Shown piece by piece: positions 1 through 14,103 of a stretch of DNA of 64,000 nt. Under the pieces are notes generated by a model that saw only the letters and a list, made by a program, of their open reading frames with translations, did no database searches and was not told the origin of the DNA. The position numbers and the translations under genes were made by a program. The first letter of the stretch is position 1. Each line of letters starts with the position of its first letter. Source of the stretch: Eledone cirrhosa. Taxonomy: Eukaryota. The DNA lies in the NCBI GenBank assembly GCA_964016885.1, contig OZ024741.1, forward strand, positions 296,050,001 through 296,114,000. Direction: 5' to 3'.

Positions 1-361
1 ATTCCTTTTATATAATGCTATTTATTTATATATTTAATTTTAAATACAATCTTTTTTCCTATAATACATTAAAGGTCTCATTTTATTACTATCTACCCAT
101 ATATTAATTAAATGAATAAAATATAAGTAAGCTATAGTAGTTATATTAACTGGTGGTAACTTTATGTTTATTCCTAATAGTTATTGTAGAGTATAAGATT
201 TGAGATAAATAGGAGCCAAGTAGAGGAATGAGCTGATCATATAATGTGATGCTGTGGGGGTAATTATATGCTGATAAAACCTAGAGGTGAAGTGTTAATG
301 GTGGTGAGGAATCCAGATCTGACATTGTTATATACTAGCAGCTAGGTTTAAAGTTGTGGAA

Positions 362-770
362 AGAGTGTCGGTGGTAGTGTTGGCACATGGAAAAAATTTC
401 TGATTTTCTATTTAAGAGGTTTAGCTTAGAATAGATTATAGTGCGGGTCTCCAGAAGACAAAGGTTACATAATTTATTCGGTGGTTTATACGATGCGGTC
501 TTATCTATTACTTCCCATTGAAGTGTATATGGTCTATTCTTAGTTTTCAGATAGTGTATGTAGTTAGATAAAGAAGTGGAGTTGGCTAGATTACGATTTT
601 TGAAAGTGTGGAGATGCGGGTTATATCTCGTCTTGAAGCAGTTCGAAGTAGAACCGATATATGTTTTTAAAGAGTTGTTTGTATTGACTGTGCATGAGTA
701 AATGATGTCTTTGATTAATCAATTTTTACCTAAGGGGCAAGTTCTATTTGTTCTACAGTTATAGTTATTC
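362..770 (-). mobile_element. Penelope-like element, GIY-YIG endonuclease C-terminal fragment (pseudogenised)
   Basis: Manual minus-strand translation reads NCRTNRTCPLGKN*LIKDIIYSCTV...KTYIGSTSNCFKTRYNPHLHTF...WEVIDK...CNLCLLE...LLNRKSEIFSMCQH. This is the Cys-linker, GIY-YIG and CxLC/LN motif order of Penelope endonucleases, with one in-frame stop. Confidence 0.85.
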
Positions 771-1214
771 TGGTTGTTTACTTGCTGGTTAATATGGTGT
801 GTAGATGCATGGTTGTTGGGGATAGCATTTGGGTAATGATGGTTTCATTCTCATTGTTATTAATTTCATTAGTGCTATTACTATTATTGCAACTAGAATT
901 CTCTGGTACTATGTTGTTATGTAAGTTATATATATATATATAATAAAGAAGGCGTGGTAAGATACAGGTGGACCATAAAGCACCAGAGTACTCGATACTT
1001 AGGGTAGTAGAGTGGGTAATAGGGAAAACAGTCAGGATCCCGAAGTAGCTGTTGAAACGGCCGGTACTCAGCCGTCGACGTCCTGAAACTTTTGGAGTGT
1101 GAGATTTTCTTTCGAACTGCTGGACTTACAACCTAACAGCTCCTTCTACCACTGATGGTAATTATCGCCAAATATTGATATTGATTTGGTTATTGATATT
1201 AATATTATTGGGCA

Positions 1215-1329
1215 CCCACTGAAGATTTGTAAGAGCCCACTTGCATAAGAATCCATTGATCTTACACAAGTTTCTACATAACTTGATATAATTTCACCCA
1301 CCATCTTACAATGAAACGATTCGTTTGGG
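1215..1329 (+). ncRNA. Type-I hammerhead ribozyme motif with long stem II
   Basis: CCCA-CTGAAGA-(TTGTAAGA...TCTTACAA stem II)-GAAACGATTCGTT-TGGG. Stem I is CCCA/TGGG, stem III is ACGA/TCGT, and the predicted triplet is GUU. Confidence 0.6.
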
Positions 1330-1419
1330 AAATGAGATCTTTAATATATCTCATATAAAATAATACAGCCAATTATTCACACAATACAATATAGTTAGCA
1401 CGCCAAACGTTTAATTGTT

Positions 1420-1586
1420 AGGTTCGGACGCCATGCTTTGCAGCATAGAGTTACTGCCCTTTATGATCTAAGTTCAAATCCCGCCGCGGTTAACTTTGCC
1501 TTTCATCCTTACGGGGTCGATAAAATAAAGTACCAGTAATGCACTGAGTAATTGCTGGCCTTGTGCCAAAAGCAGAAACAATTATT
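1420..1586 (+). mobile_element. OK-like tRNA-derived SINE (5'-truncated)
   Basis: B box GTTCAAATCC followed by the family body ACTTTGCCTTTCATCCTTACGGGGTCGATAAAATAAAGTACCAG...GGCCTTGTGCCAAAAG, shared with more than 10 other copies in the window. Confidence 0.8.
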
Positions 1587-2030
1587 ATTTTTCTATTTAA
1601 TTTTTTCACTTAGATATATAATGAAGTATACTTTGGCTGGAAACCACATGCTTCAATTTTGACCCTTCTCTTGCAATTTACACTTTTCAGAAAATTAATC
1701 TCTCACCGCTGGCGCTACCTGTCTCACCATATATTTTACTATTTCAAGTCGTCTATAAATTAATAAGGAAGTTCTCTTGCTTGGTCTATGTCTCTCTCTC
1801 TATATATATGTGTGTGTGTGTGTGTGATTTCCTGGCAGTTGTTACATCGTTGCTCCCATCTGAATTTGGTTATTGTCTAACAATAAGAACAGGAAGTCCT
1901 CTTTAGCTACTAGACTCTCTGGCTGTCTATCTATCTCTCTGGCAGTCATTCTGTTTTACTGGCTAGGTGTGTGTGTGCCTGAGTTTTATACACACACCCA
2001 TACATACATATATATATACATATATATATG

Positions 2031-2082
<52 letters not shown>

Positions 2083-2689
2083 TCCCTCAGAGGTTATTCT
2101 TTCAGGACCAATAAAACAAATTACCATTTTTTCGGATTCTTTGCGTTTCGTGTGTATGTGAGTAGACTTAATTTAACACTCGGTTTAAAACCATCACCTG
2201 GTTCTAGGATACCATGATCGGAGTTCTCTATGTTGCAAGCATTTGAGCCCAGGTCACCAGTTTGAGGATACCTTCGTCTCATGATACTCGTGTCAAAAGA
2301 TTACGGTCATTGTTCTTCTTTCATCGACTCAGTTATATAAAGAAAAATGACGACACTTTCTCAGATGACCTTGAATTAATAAAATAAGGAGACATTGCAT
2401 AACACTTGAACACATAATTGGAGTAACAGAGTGTTTCTGGTCTTACAACAGACAATCTAATCTAGGTAACTCGACAGGGGCTGATTAAGCTTCAACTCAT
2501 GTCCAAGTAGCATTCTACTGGTCCCCTCTTTTCAGCTAGAGCCATCTAGATGCCCTCTCTGCTACTTCCACGTTGTTCTTGATGGTTCTTTTCCTGCTCA
2601 CTTCCTTAATACCCAGGGTTAGTACTTACTAAGCGAAGGAACTGTGAACCCTCAACTATGTATGTACTATGTATGGTCCCGTAACTCCT

Positions 2690-3007
2690 GAAAGAGTCGT
2701 AGAGGCGCCGTATTGACATACGGTGTTTCTTGCGCATTTTAAGCCTGGCGGAGCCCATCCCTCTTAAGGCCTGAGTATAGCAGATTTCTTCCTGAGAAAG
2801 ATAGAAAGTGAGAGATAGGAAATGATAAAGAGATATAGAGGAAGAATCTACCCCACTACTAGACTGATACTTTTTTTTTATCGACCTCGAGAGGATGAAA
2901 TGCAAATTTGACTTCGGCGAGATTTGAACTCAGAGAGAAGAGAGCCGGAACGAATATTATAAAGCATTCTAACCTCCATTCTAACGAATCTGCCAATTCG
3001 CCGCCTA
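2690..3007 (-). mobile_element. tRNA-derived SINE, long subfamily with alternative 3' extension
   Basis: The reverse complement starts GGCGGCGAATTGGCAG and has a B box. Its 3' extension matches the copies at about 48943-49250 and 50205-50530. Confidence 0.6.
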
Positions 3008-3487
3008 TGAATCCTCAACTACCCACCACCAATAACATATATCTGGTCCTCCACCAGGTGCATAAAATAAAATGAGAGAGAGATGGTGGGGAAAAAGTTA
3101 ATAAAACAACCTTATTTTATATAGAATTATACCCCAACTCTAACACACAAGGAAAAAATACCAGAGGAGTTATAATTATATAAATTATAGTTGGTTACTA
3201 TGAAAAAGAAAGCAAACCTCAAATATAGACAAATGTATGACACAGCTTGTTTACAGAAATCAAGACATCACAAGTAAAGAATTTCCTCGTTGTTGATTGA
3301 AATATAGTTAATGTCAAAAAATAAACAACTGAGATACAGGCGCAACAACATTCCTTGCATTCTCACCCACAACAATAATGAGCTAATGAGAGAGCCTCAA
3401 TATAGTCGATCGACCTGCTAGTGATAATAAACAAATATCCCTCAAATCGTGCGCTAACGCCTGGAAAAGAGGGGGAGACTCACTTAA

Positions 3488-3592
3488 TAATTGTTTCTAC
3501 TTTTGGCACAAGGTCAGCAATTACCCCCAGTGCATTACTGGTGGTTTATTCAATCTACCCCGTGAGGATGAAATGCAAAGCTAACCTCGGGG
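3488..3592 (-). mobile_element. OK-like SINE 3' fragment
   Basis: Reverse complement of the SINE body and tail (AATTGTTTCTACTTTTGGCACAAGG...GGATGAAATGCAAAG). Confidence 0.65.
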
Positions 3593-3808
3593 AGACTCAC
3601 TTAATGATCAAACGTTCACAAACGTATTTTCTCGCGGGACAAATAAACGATTTTTCAGAAATCGTAGAAATTATACCTATATTTTATGGACAATCCTCCT
3701 CAGAGACATTAAATGAAACAAACATTGTCAATATATAAATAATATCAATCAACAAAGGAGTAGCAAATATCAGACAGAAGGTTTTATATATATATATACA
3801 TATATATA

Positions 3809-4162
3809 CAGTGTACCCCCGGTATTCGTGGTTCCGGTTATTCGCGAAATTTTCCTTAGAACCTGACTAATAATTGTACGTGGAAGCCACCCTATATTCA
3901 CGGAATCGTAAATATCTTCCGCGATTTTTTATGGCTATTTTCGTGGCAAAATATATATATTTTTAATTAATTACTGATAAAAATATAACGTATTTGCCGG
4001 CCCTTTGGACGCCCTTTCGCATAAGACACTTTTTTAAATTATATTTTACGTTATATTTTTACGTTTATAGAGATTTTTATGGACTACGTCCAATATTCAC
4101 GGTTTTTCACTCTTCGCGGGTGCTTTAGGAACGTAAACCCCGCGAATACCGGGGGACAACTG
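3809..4162. mobile_element. Tigger/pogo-type MITE
   Basis: Terminal inverted repeats CAGTGTACCCCCGGTATTCGTGG / CCGCGAATACCGGGGGACAACTG, TA on both sides, no coding capacity. Confidence 0.8.
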
Positions 4163-4366
4163 TATACATATTTATATATATATAAAGAGAGAAAGAGAGG
4201 GAGAGAGAGAGTCCGCGGTGTTGAGACCGAGGAGACCACTAATCATGTGAGTACTCGATACATGGGGAGATGTAGAGTGGGTATAAAGATGTGTAAATAT
4301 CGACACACGGGCCGAGACCGCTTGGCGCCGCGGTCGGGATTTTACACATCTCTCTCTCTCTCTCCT

Positions 4367-4447
<81 letters not shown>

Positions 4448-4510
4448 AATCAGTCACTGTATTTTTGAAAATAGCATATATTTTCACTAGCTCTGACAGT
4501 TTGGCAGGTG

Positions 4511-4570
4511 AACAGTGAGCTGTACTGATGAAGGGTGATACCCAGAAACATTAGTGTCTGCAGTTCTGTT
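4511..4570 (+). ncRNA. Minimal type-I hammerhead ribozyme
   Basis: GAGCTGTA-CTGATGA-AGGGTGATACCCA-GAAACATTAGTGTC-TGCAGTTC. Stem I has 8 bp with two G-U pairs, stem II is GGGT/ACCC, stem III is ACA/TGT, and the triplet is GUC. Confidence 0.8.
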
Positions 4571-4697
4571 CGCATGCCAACACAAGAGCAAGAATGAAGG
4601 GTTCATTCTACTGACATGGCTATAAAATTGAGACTTGTATGCATAATTGCAAACGAATCGAATATTATTATTAATATTCGAAAACTCAGATTACATT

Positions 4698-4817
<120 letters not shown>

Positions 4818-5196
4818 GCATGTGTGTGCGCACAAGTATAACTGTTTAAGGCGTGTCGGTGGATCAGTATAAATACGTCATCTAGAAAAATTAAGTAGGG
4901 ACGTCTTTCGCATGAAACATAATAGTTAAGTGAGTGCTAACATACTCACTTTTAGTGGAACTGTTTTCTTCCTCCCCAATGTAAATGTTGTATTAATTAA
5001 TTAGACTCAGTGACTTGTGTTAATTGAACGTGATCATGGGAAGTGGAAGCAACTACATATTTTTAATTAATGGAAAATTTGAATTCTACACATAGTTTGA
5101 GAGTGCAATGTTGAGCCAATGGAAAAATATACAAATGAATAAATATAAAGTAGATGGGATGGTCAAGGTTAGGATGTCTGATATCACAAGCCTTAG

Positions 5197-8100
5197 CAAT
5201 AACAACAACAACAACAACAACAGCAGCAGCAGCCTACAACAACAAGAACAACAACAGTAGCAACAACAACAACAACATCAACAGTACCACTACCACCAGC
5301 ATCACCAACAACAGCAGCACCACTACCAACAATAGCACTACTACCAACAACAACAACAGCAATAACAACAACAGCACCACTAACAACAACAACAACAGCA
5401 GCAATAACAACAACTGCACCAACAACAACAGCACCAACAACAACAGCACCAACAACAACAGCACCAACAACAACAGCACCACTACCGACAACAACAATAC
5501 CAACATCACTTCCACTACATTCATCACCAACAACTACAACAGAACTTCCACCATCATCACCACTACCTACAACAGCAACAACCACAACAAAAACATCTAC
5601 CTCTACAACAACATCACCAACACCACTACCAACATCACTACTACCATCACCAACACCACTACCACCATCATCACCACCACCAACACCACTAACCTCTACA
5701 ACAACATCACCAACACCACTACCAACATCACTACTACCATCACCAACACCACTACCACCATCATCACCACCACCAACACCACTAACCCCTACAACAACAT
5801 CACCAACATCACTACCAACATCACTACTACCATCACCAATACCACTACCACCATCATCACCACCACCAACACCACTAACCCCTACAACAACATCACCAAC
5901 ACCACTACCAACATCACTACTACCATCACCAATACCACTACCACCATCATCACCACCACCAACACCACTAACCCCTACAACAACATCACCAACACCACTA
6001 CCAACATCACTACTACCATCACCAATAACACTACCACCATCATCACCACCACCAACACCACTAACCCCTACAACAACATCACCAACACCACTACCAACAT
6101 CACTACTACCATCACCAATACCACTACCACCATCATCACCACCACCAACACCACTAACCCCTACAACAACATCACCAACACCACTACCAACATCACTACT
6201 ACCATCACCAATACCACTACCACCATCATCACCACCACCAACACCACTAACCCCTACAACAACATCACCAACACCACTACCAACATCACTACTACCATCA
6301 CCAACACCACTACCACCATCACTACAACCAACACCACTACCACTATCACTACCACCAACACCACTACCACCAACACCACTACCACCATCATCACCACCAA
6401 TAGCACTATCAACAACAACCACATAACCATCACCACTACCAACATCACTACTACCACCACCAACACCACTACCACCATCAGTACGACCAACACCACTACG
6501 ACCAACACCACTACCACCAACACCACTACCACCAACACCGCTACCACCATCACCATCACCAACACCACTACCACAAACATCACTACTACCACCACCAACA
6601 CCACAACCACCATCACTACCACCAACACCACTACCACCAACACCATCACCAGCACCACTACCACCAACATCCCTACCAACATCACTACTACCCCCAACAC
6701 CATCACCAATACCACTACCACCAACATCACTACCACCAGCACCACTACCACCAACACCACTACCACAAACATCACTACTACCACCACCAACACCACTACC
6801 ACCACCACTACCACCAACACCACTACCACCAACACCATCACCAGCACCACTGCCACCAACATCACTACCAACATCACTACTACCCCCAACACCATCACCA
6901 ATACCACTACCACCAACATCACTACCACCAGCACCACTACCACCAACACCACTACCAACATCACTACTACCACCACCAACACCACTACCACCATCACTAC
7001 CACCAACACCACTACTACCAACACCATCACCAGCACCACTACCACCAACATCACTACCAACATCACTACTACCACCACCAACACCACTACCACAATCACT
7101 ACCACCAGCACCACTACCACCAACATCACTACCAACATCACTACTACCACCACCAACACCACTACCACAATCACTACCACCAGCACCACTACCACCAACA
7201 TCACTACCAACATCACTACTACCACCACCAACACCACTACCACAATCACTACCACCAACACCACTACCAACAACAACCACATCACCATTACCACCAACAT
7301 CACCAACACCACTACTACCAACACCATCACCAACACGACCATCACCAAAACCACTACCAACACCACTACCACCATCACTACCACCAACACCACTACCAAC
7401 AACAACCACACAACCATTACCACCAACAACAACAGCCCCAACACCGCTACCACCAACACCACCACCAACAACATCATCACCAACACCATTACCACCAACG
7501 CCACTACTACCACCATCACCACCACCAACACCAGCATAACTACCACCATCACCACCACCAACATCACTACTACCACCATCACCACCAACACCACTACCAA
7601 CACCAGCCCCAACACCACAACCACCAACACCACCACCACCAACACCACAGCCACCAACACCACTACCACCAACAATAATAACTACAACATCACCAACACC
7701 ACTACCAACATCACCACTATCCCCAACACCACTACCACCAACACCACTACCAACATCACCACTATCCCCAACACCACTACCACCAACACCACTAACAACA
7801 TCACCACTACCACCAACACCACTACCAACATCACCACTATCCCCAACACCACTACCACCAACACCACTACCAACATCACCACTATCCCCAACACCACTAC
7901 CACCAACACCACTACCAACATCACCACTATCCCCAACACCACTACCACCAACACCACTACCAACATCACCACTACCACCAACACCACTACCAACATCACC
8001 ACTATCCCCAACACCACTACCACCAACACCACTACCAACATCACCGCTATCCCCAACACCACTACCACCAACACCACTACCAACATCACCACTATCCCCA

Positions 8101-10637
8101 ACACCACTACCACCAACACCACTACCAACATCACCACTACCACCAACACCACTACCACCAACACCACTACCAACATCACCACTACCACCAACACCACTAC
8201 CAACATCACCACTATCCCCAACACCACTACCACCAACACCACTACCAACATCACCACTATCCCCAACACCACTACCACCAACACCACTACCAACATCACC
8301 ACTATCCCCAACACCACTACCACCAACACCACTACCAACATCACCACTACCACCAACACCACTACCACCAACACCACTACCAACATCACCACTACCACCA
8401 ACACCACTACCAACATCACCACTATCCCCAACACCACTACCACCAACACCACTACCAACATCACCACTATCCCCAACACCACTACCACCAACACCACTAC
8501 CAACATCACCACTACCACCAACACCACTACCAACATCACCACTATCCCCAACACCACTACCACCAACACCACTACCAACATCACCACTATCCCCAACACC
8601 ACTACCACCAACACCACTACCAACATCACCACTACTACCAACACCACTACCAACATCACCACTATCCCCAACACCACTACCACCAACACCACTACCAACA
8701 TCACCACTATCCCCAACACCACTACCACCAACACCACTACCAACATCACCACTACCACCAACACCACTACCACCAACACCACTACCAACATCACCACTAC
8801 CACCAACACCACTACCAACATCACCACTATCCCCAACACCACTACCACCAACACCACTACCAACATCACAACTACCACCAACACCACTACCAACATCACC
8901 ACTATCCCCAACACCACTACCACCAACACCACTACCAACATCACCACTATCCCCAACACCACTACCACCAACACCACTACCAACATCACCACTATCCCCA
9001 ACACCACTACCACCAACACCACTACCAACATCACCACTATCCCCAACACCATTACCACCAACACCACTACCAACATCACCACTATCCCCAACACCACTAC
9101 CACCAACACCACTACCACCAACACCACTACCAACATCACCACTACCACCAACACCACTACCAACATCACCACTATCCCCAACACCACTACCACCAACACC
9201 ACTACCAACATCACCACTATCCCCAACACCACTACCACCAACACCACTACCAACATCACCACTACCACCAACACCACTACCACCAACACCACTACCAACA
9301 TCACCACTACCACCAACACCACTACCAACATCACCACTATCCCCAACACCACTACCACCAACACCACTACCAACATCACCACTACCACCAACACCACTAC
9401 CAACATCACCACTACCACCAACACCACTACCACCAACACCACTACCAACATCACCACTACCACCAACACCACTACCAACATCACCACTATCCCCAACACC
9501 ACTACCAACATCACCACTATCCCCAACACCACTACCACCAACACCACTACCAACATCACCACTACCACCAACACCACTACCAACATCACCACTATCCCCA
9601 ACACCACTACCACCAACACCACTACCAACATCACCACTACCACCAACACCACTACCAACATCACCACTACCACCAACACCACTACCAACATCACCACTAT
9701 CCCCAACACCACTACCACCAACACCACTACCAACAACACCACTACCACCAACACCACTACCAACATCACCACTATCCCCAACACCACAACCACCAACACC
9801 ACTACCAACATCACCACTATCCCCAACACCACTACCACCAACACCACTACCAACATCACCACTATCCCCAACACCACTACCAACAACACCACTACCAACA
9901 TCACTACCAACACCACTACCACCAACACCACTACCAACAACACCACTACCAACACCACTACCAACACCACTACCACCAGCACCACTACCAACAACACCAC
10001 TACCAACACCACTACCAACACCACTACCACCAACACCACTACCAACAACACCACTACCAACACCACTACCAACACCACTACCACCAGCACCACTACCAAC
10101 AACACCACTACCAACACCACTACCAACACCACTACCACCAGCACCACTACCAACAACACCACTACCAACACCACTACCAACACCACTACCACCAACACCA
10201 CTACCAACACCACTACCACCAGCACCTCTACCAACAACACCACTACCAACATCACTACTACCAACAACACCACTACAACCAACACCACTATCACTAACAC
10301 CACAACCACCAACACCACTACCACCAACACCACTATCACTAACACCACTACCACCAACACCACTACCACCAACACCACTACCACCAACACCACTACCACC
10401 AACACCACTACCACCAACACCACTACCACCAACACCACTACCACTAACACCACTACCACCAACACCACTACCACCAACACCACTACCACTAACACCACTA
10501 CCACTAACACCACTACCACCAACACCACTACCACCTACACCACTACCACCAACACCAACACCAACACCAGCATCACTACCACTAGCAACAACAGCCCCAA
10601 CACCACTACCACCAACACCAACAACAACAACAATAAC
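5197..10637. repeat. Giant degenerate (ACC/AAC/ACT/ATC)n triplet repeat with higher-order units; one frame open (Thr/Asn-rich, ORF 5154..10664)
   Basis: Nearly all triplets begin with A in one phase. There is a 93-bp unit at about 5600-6300 and a 45-bp unit ([15 protein letters not shown]) at about 7690-9880. Confidence 0.9.
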
Positions 10638-10959
10638 AGGACCATTCGAAAATCATATCTGTAATTATAATGTCAGCCACATATCAACTAGACTACGGAA
10701 GGGAAGGGGTGAGATATGAGGGGGTAGATTGTGTAGGAGGAGGAGGAGAAGGTAGAGGAGAAATAGTGGAGAGGTGGTAGGAGGAGGTTGACAGACGGAG
10801 TAGGCGTTTGTTTACAATCATATTTATTGAGCTTGGTGTGAAGTGACAGAAAGGTCAAGGTCAATGGAATATATTGTTCTTACATCAACCGGAAGTTAAT
10901 GCAACTTATGTCATGTGACAGATCAATGATCTCATTTTGTTCGGTTTATTATTGTTATT

Positions 10960-11381
10960 ATTGTGGTGGTGGTAGTGGCGATGGTGTTGGTGGTTGTGGT
11001 AGTGGTGGAGTTGGTGGTGGTGGTGATGGTAGTGGTGTGAGTAGTGGTGTAAGTGATTATGTGGTTTGTGGTGGTGGTGGTAGTGGTGGTGTGAGAGGTA
11101 GTGCTGGTGGAGGTAATGATAATGGTAGTGGTAGTTGTAGTGGTGTGTGTAGTGGTGTGAGTGATGGTGTAGTTTGTGGTGGTGATGGTGGTGGTGTGAG
11201 TGGTGGTTGTGTTGGTGGTGGTGGTGTGAGTGGTGGTTGTGTTGGTGGTGGTGTGAGTGGTGGTTTGAGTTGGTGGTGGTGGTGTGAGTGGTGGTTGTGT
11301 TGGTGGTGGTGTGAGTGGTAGTTGTGTTGGTGGTGTGAGTGGTGGTTGTGGTGGTGGTGTGAGTGGTGGTGGAGGTGGTGT
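10960..11381. repeat. Degenerate (GGT/GTG)n low-complexity repeat
   Basis: Direct reading. It is the same repeat class as 5197-10637 on the opposite strand. Confidence 0.85.
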
Positions 11382-11530
11382 TCTTTGTTTTTTTTTCTAT
11401 TTACGAACTTTATTAACAACTCCCATTTCTACTTTCTTTCTTTCATAACAATATGTCATTCAATGCTATCTTCACACATCTATACATCCACATACACACC
11501 TAAACACTCCTACTCAATTACATGTGTGTC

Positions 11531-11609
<79 letters not shown>

Positions 11610-12157
11610 ATGTGTGTGTGTGTGTGTGTTAGACTTCCGTAGGCTCCAACGACAAGTGTTCCACTTGTTTAATCTCATGAAATTTTGTCTAAGCATAACA
11701 CAGACACATGTGGCCTTAACGTAATTCTCAGGGAGATTCGGCATGATGCAGTGTGTGACAAGGCTGGTCCTTTGAATTACATGTATAACACACTTTTGCC
11801 ATCTGAGTTGACTGGAGCAACGTGAAATAAAGTTTCTTTCTCAAGGACACAACGCACCCCAGGAATTGAACTCTCATTGTTAAAATCACGAGCTGTACAC
11901 ACTAACCAGTAAGCGACGTGCCTTAACACATCTCTATATACATCTACACACATACCTACACACATACCTACATACATACGTACACACATCTACACAGATA
12001 TGAACATACATACGTACGCACATCGACACAGAACGTACACACATACGTACATACATATATACACATCTATGCAGACTAAAATACACTTCCACACATCCAC
12101 ATATCCTTCACACATCTCTTTATACATCTACTTACTTCTATAGATATCTATGCAGAC

Positions 12158-12720
12158 TTCCCATTCGAAGGAGGTAGATCCCTCATGTGGGACACCACCT
12201 GCTGTGTCACGTTCTCCGCCTCCAGCTTAGTCGCTTCGGCCACAAACTCCGACACGGCAGCCCACCTCGCAGAAGAACGTAAAATAAGTAAATACCGGGG
12301 TTTGTCCGGCCGCTTCCTCTTCGCACTGGTCGCCGTCGAGACCTCAGGCTTACTTGGAGACCGTACTGCCGAGCTGCTCCGCAAGATCGGAGCGTCGGCA
12401 AACCTTTTGAGGAGAGAGCCCCGCGAGGTTGGGTGTCACTGGCCATCGTCTGGCGGAATGCTTTTGCCGTCTTGTCAGCGTGACGCATCACTTCTGCCTT
12501 CTTGCCCTAGGCCCAAAGCCCAACTACCTTCCCCTTTTACCCCTCCCCTCTCTTCTGCGACATCAGAGCTCTTAACATCCCCTCCCCTTCACGCTCTTTT
12601 TCTTCTTTCTTTCTCTCTTTTCTTTTCTATATTTCCCTATTCTTTCTTTCCTTTTGTTTTAAATATTTCTATATTGAGAATTAATAGTGATTTTTTTAAA
12701 GAAAAAACAAAAACAAAAAC
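12158..12720 (+). mobile_element. CRE-like non-LTR retrotransposon 3' fragment (restriction-like endonuclease C-terminus plus 3' UTR)
   Basis: FPFEGGRSLMWDTT...AAHLAEERKISKYRGL...FALVAVETSGLLG..., then LAIVWRNAFAVL in another frame. This matches the WDxT / AExxKxxKY / ETxG / (QR)GNA pattern of RLE domains. A pyrimidine-rich UTR and an A-rich end follow. Confidence 0.7.
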
Positions 12721-13556
12721 ACATATACACACATCTGCACACGAACGTACACATATACGTACACACATACATACACAGATATACGTACACATATATATAT
12801 ACACGCATCTATATACAGCTACACATATCTATGTAGACTAAAATACACTTACACACATACGTACACACACACATATATATACACATCTGCGCACATCTGC
12901 GCACATCTACACACATCTACACACATACGTACACACACTTACACATACTTACCCATATCTATACACATCTACACAGATCTACATATCATTGACACAACAA
13001 AGTAACTAAATTGATCTCCGTCGGTTTCGACGATGAGCATTCAGTTGTTTGATTCACCCACTGAATTACCTACACATTGAACACATGTGTAAGTGATTGA
13101 GTGTTCCTCATCAATCGTTTTTCATGATATTGTGAGAGCGTAATACATAATGTGACAGGGATGGCCCATTGAATTACAGGTACTGCCTATTCGACGGGCT
13201 CTAACATGGTCTCCGCCCACCAGACTCTAGGCTATGGTAAAAGAGACTTTATCATGACGCTATGCTGTGGGATAGAACCTCAGCTCTCATGATTGAAAAG
13301 GGAACTTCTTAATTCTTTTGTTGTGCCCATCTTATGCCCTTTATACACTTTTATTTCATTAATAATGGAAATATTAAAACAAAAAAAAAGATAAAAACAA
13401 AATTAGGTTGTGAAAAAAAGGGGAAAGAGGTAAAGAAAGTCAGATCTGGCTGTATAAGAGAGTAAAAAAGGGACTATAAATGCCATAAATCTTTTTCTCC
13501 TTGAGCTACTTTGATTTTAGGGGATTATTGTCAGTTTTTAACTCAATATATACTTT

Positions 13557-13628
<72 letters not shown>

Positions 13629-14103
13629 AAAGTATATATATATATAGTTAAAACTTAGACGGGAACAAAAACAGAGAGGCAGTACAAATAAGAGTTTATT
13701 AGGTTCACGCTTTTGAGAGTGGAGTGGGGAACGAGGTTCCATGTTCAGGAAAAGGTGTGTGGATGAGGTGGGGTGTAAGTCGGTGTGTGCGTGTGTGTGG
13801 ATGGAGAGGGATCAGGGGGTGGGGGAGAGGCATGTGGATTCCGGAGGCTGAGTGTGTATATGTAGGGATGCGCACGAGTATGTTTGTGTTTATACGTGGT
13901 GTGGATGTAGGTGGCGTGGTTAAAAAAAAATGTGAGTGTTTGTTCGTGGGTAAGTTCCGAAGCTAGTTCCGTGGAGTATGCGATGAGATGTTAAATATTT
14001 TTCATGTTATAGAGTGGATATACTCGCTGAATAGCATGCCTTTATTTCTTTTTATTTTAATTCCATGTCAGACCATGTCTCCCACGATGAACAGATTTCT
14101 TTA

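Noticed and set aside
5193-10534. Minus-strand Val/Leu-rich and Gly/Ser-rich long ORFs
   Set aside because: They are antisense shadows of the triplet repeat and stop-free by composition.
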